NCBI GenBank assembly: GCA_964270895.1
Contig: OZ185444.1
Source: Podarcis filfolensis
Taxonomy: Eukaryota
Reading direction: 5' to 3' (one strand)
Length of the DNA stretch: 64,000 nt
Part shown: positions 61,393 to 64,000 of the stretch, piece after piece
Layout of the letters: each line of letters opens with the position of its first letter
How positions within the stretch are numbered: the stretch's first letter is position 1
Translations under genes and position numbers: made by a program
Notes under the pieces: model-generated
Databases searched by the model: none
The model's input: the letters and a program-made list of their open reading frames with translations, nothing else
What the model was told of the DNA's origin: nothing

Positions 61393-62984
61393 GTATTAAT
61401 GCTCAACTCAGTGAAGACTGATTCATAATGAAGTTCTGCCTCAGTCTGCCCCCATCTGCCTGCCTTCTATTTACAACCGGTCCAGCGGGCAGAACTGCCT
61501 GTCAGCTTCCTCCTCCTGCTTAGTCTCAGAGTTGACCTTGTAGAACTCAGCAGAAAGGAGGATGGTGACAAAGCAAGAATGAGTTGGTTCTGCCTGTCAT
61601 TGGCTCTTGGCTCCTTCTACTGTTGGCCTCTGCCTTCCTCCCTACTAGTCCCAATGGGTACCAGCCACCAATGCAACTTGCCTATGAGCAAGTTACAGGT
61701 ATGCATGTGGTGTGTGTGTGTGTGTTTGTTTGTTGTAAACAGTGGGTTCAAAGAGAAATGCAGTGCAGAAATGGTCATTAACAAACCAGTAGTTGATGGG
61801 TTACACGGACATCCCAACCTTTGTGAGCTTATCAACATAAACATTTCAAGCCATGGATGATAGAGCTAGACCTCTTGATGAACTAAAGTTCCTTTGTTCA
61901 ATGATAGCCACTTTCAAGGTCAGTTACAGAATTTCCTGGGAATCTGAAATGTTTCTTTAAAAAATGTTTTTTTTCTGATGCCAGATAAAAGTCCATTTAT
62001 TCGTTTGCATAGAGACTGGCCTTTCTGTCCTATGTAGAATGCAGAAAGGCAGTGCTGGCAGATAATGGCGTGTAACACATTGCAAGATGAACACTGCTAA
62101 TTATATAATTATCAGTTCTGCATATTAATTCCCTCTGAGCTTACTATTCACAAGTCCACCCAGGAAAACCCATGTGTATGTGTTTGTGTGCATCTACTTG
62201 TAACAAAGGATAACACTTTCTGCAACTGATGAAATGCAATGTGTAGTTGTGCCATAATTTGTGAAAGATGCCCAAGACTCTTTGCTGTACGAAAAATAAC
62301 TCTCACTCCTGCCTTGAACCAGTACTTGCAAATTCTAAGAACTGCCCCCTTGCACTATTTCCCCAGTTCTCTTGATCTCCAAAGACCACTAGCTCTTTCC
62401 AAGTCCGTAGAGAGCCTGTGTGACTAAGGACCAGTTCCAGCAACCTTTGTGACGCTTCCCTCCCTAAGGTAGCTAGTAGTTGGATCAACATAACAGGAGA
62501 AAATCAACCTGCCTACACCTTCCGCAAACAAGATTCTGCTTGCGCAGGCCACTGCAATCATTTGGGTGAGGGTAACAAGGGAAAAACGAATGTAAAGTGG
62601 GCTGAACAATCAATAAATCTGGCATATTCCTTCTCACTTGTCAGTCAGGAGGGAATGAAGCTATATTTAAAGCTATCTGATTGCTGTGCCTAGAGCCAGA
62701 TGCTATGGTTGCTTTTGTTTGGTGGCAGGTTTCAATGCCCCAAACCCCCTAAGTGGGTTTGTGTGCTTCTCTGCAATTTCCCCCTGAGGAAATCAAAGCC
62801 AATGCCAATTATTCAGATGAGATTATATTTAGGGCTGGCAATGTTCCTGTCATGGGTTGCCAGTGAAGCACCCATGGATGCACAGCACTCTTGGAGGCCT
62901 TCCCAGGTGCCCACAGGGCCCTATCCTCCCCACCCCTGAGATTCGGCTTGAAAGAAGCCTAATGTAGCTAAGAGAAGGCATCTT

Positions 62985-63335
62985 CCATACCCTCCAACAT
63001 TTCTCTGATGAAAATAGGGACATCCCATTTCATAATGATAATTTTACTATTTATACCCCACCCATCTTACTGGGTTGCCCCAGCCACTCTGGGCGGCTTC
63101 CAACATATATAAAAACATAATAAAACATTAAACTTTTTTTTTTTAAAAAACCCTTCCCTATACAGGATTGCCTTCAGACAGCTCAGGGGTCTGATAACTC
63201 CATACCCTCCAACATTTCTCCAATGAAAATAGGGACATCCTAAGGAAAAGTGGGGCATTCTGGGATTAAATCAGAAACCAAGATGGCTTCTCTAAATCAG
63301 GGACATTCCTGGAAAATAGGGACATTTGGAGGGCC
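62985..63335. repeat. Composite repeat: 41-bp direct repeats around an L2 tail plus AAAATAGGGAC motifs
   Basis: 62985-63025 and 63200-63240 differ at 2 positions and enclose ataccccacccatct...cagccactctgggcggcttcc. Confidence 0.65.
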
Positions 63336-64000
63336 TAGTCTTCAAGCTTAGTTACAACAGGGGAGGGACAATTTCTGGGTGAAGTTATAGCTGTGGAGGG
63401 AAGTAGTAAGCTTTCCCTCCCCAATGGTGACCCCTTACACCTAATTGTGACAAAGGGAGGGTGTGAACATCCTAGATGACCAGAGTCCCAGTCAGTAGAA
63501 CAAGCAGGAAGGATCCCAAATGCAGCAGGGCTGAATCACCCCATTTGGAAGGAACATGGTACCTTCTAAAGAACAAGACCCACAAGACCATTAAGAGTAG
63601 AGTAAAAATTACCTAACAGCACTGTTGAATTAGCTCAGATGCTGTCTGGTATGAGCTTAATTTATAGAGAAGGAGAAAACAGCAACTTCTGGAACTGCTG
63701 ATCTGGTACGTTCCCTGAGTGCTAAAACGCATGTGCCATTATTAGGGTTTTGGGGAAAAGATGTCTGAGAACAGCGTGATCATTTTAAAAATAGCTTTTA
63801 GATTATGCCCTTTATTGAGTTGGTGGCACACCAGCCTGATGGCCATTGCATTTGAATTTCCCGTTACATCCATTTTGTGCCATCAAGGCAAACTCATATT
63901 TGCTGATTAATGCTATAAGCCGAGAGATTTGCTCTTCCCTTTTGTTTCGTTATTTTTCTAAATTGAATTTAGCACTGGCAAACGGCCGCACAATAATGGA

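Noticed and set aside
61579-61698. Signal-peptide-like ORF with a donor, downstream of a solo LTR
   Set aside because: No downstream exon or codon bias; hydrophobicity is explained by CT-rich sequence.
43000-64000. ISX or another protein-coding gene upstream of HMGXB4
   Set aside because: No homeobox (WFQNQRAKWRK) or other consistent exon chain on either strand.

Overview
Vertebrate genomic DNA from a squamate, probably a lacertid-type lizard (Sauria SINE, BovB, tRNA-Lys/CR1-tailed SINEs, Penelope, L1/L2 remnants). The block is syntenic with the amniote HMGXB4-TOM1 locus. Both genes lie on the minus strand. HMGXB4 is complete: 10 coding exons, 1851 nt = 616 aa + stop, ATG at 39664, stop at 25487-25489, CpG-island promoter at about 42200-42970. 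TOM1 coding exons 1-11 (1163 nt, ATG at 21795) are present, but exons 12 onward were not found, so positions 1-4651 are intron 11. Positions 43-64 kb are gene-free and repeat-rich; no ISX homeobox exon was found. The most notable unexplained signal is a 66-codon, strongly codon-biased ORF (1508-1708, minus) with one transmembrane-like helix, nested in TOM1 intron 11. It is either a microprotein gene or an alternative TOM1 terminal exon. Other highlights: an in-frame 30-nt cassette exon and an overlapping uORF in HMGXB4, a minimal hammerhead ribozyme in a Penelope insertion, a CLEAR/CRE/ARE-rich TOM1 promoter, and a 1.9-kb TSD-flanked non-autonomous L1-like element with an internally duplicated ORF. 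All family assignments come from recall of known sequences; no database search was run.
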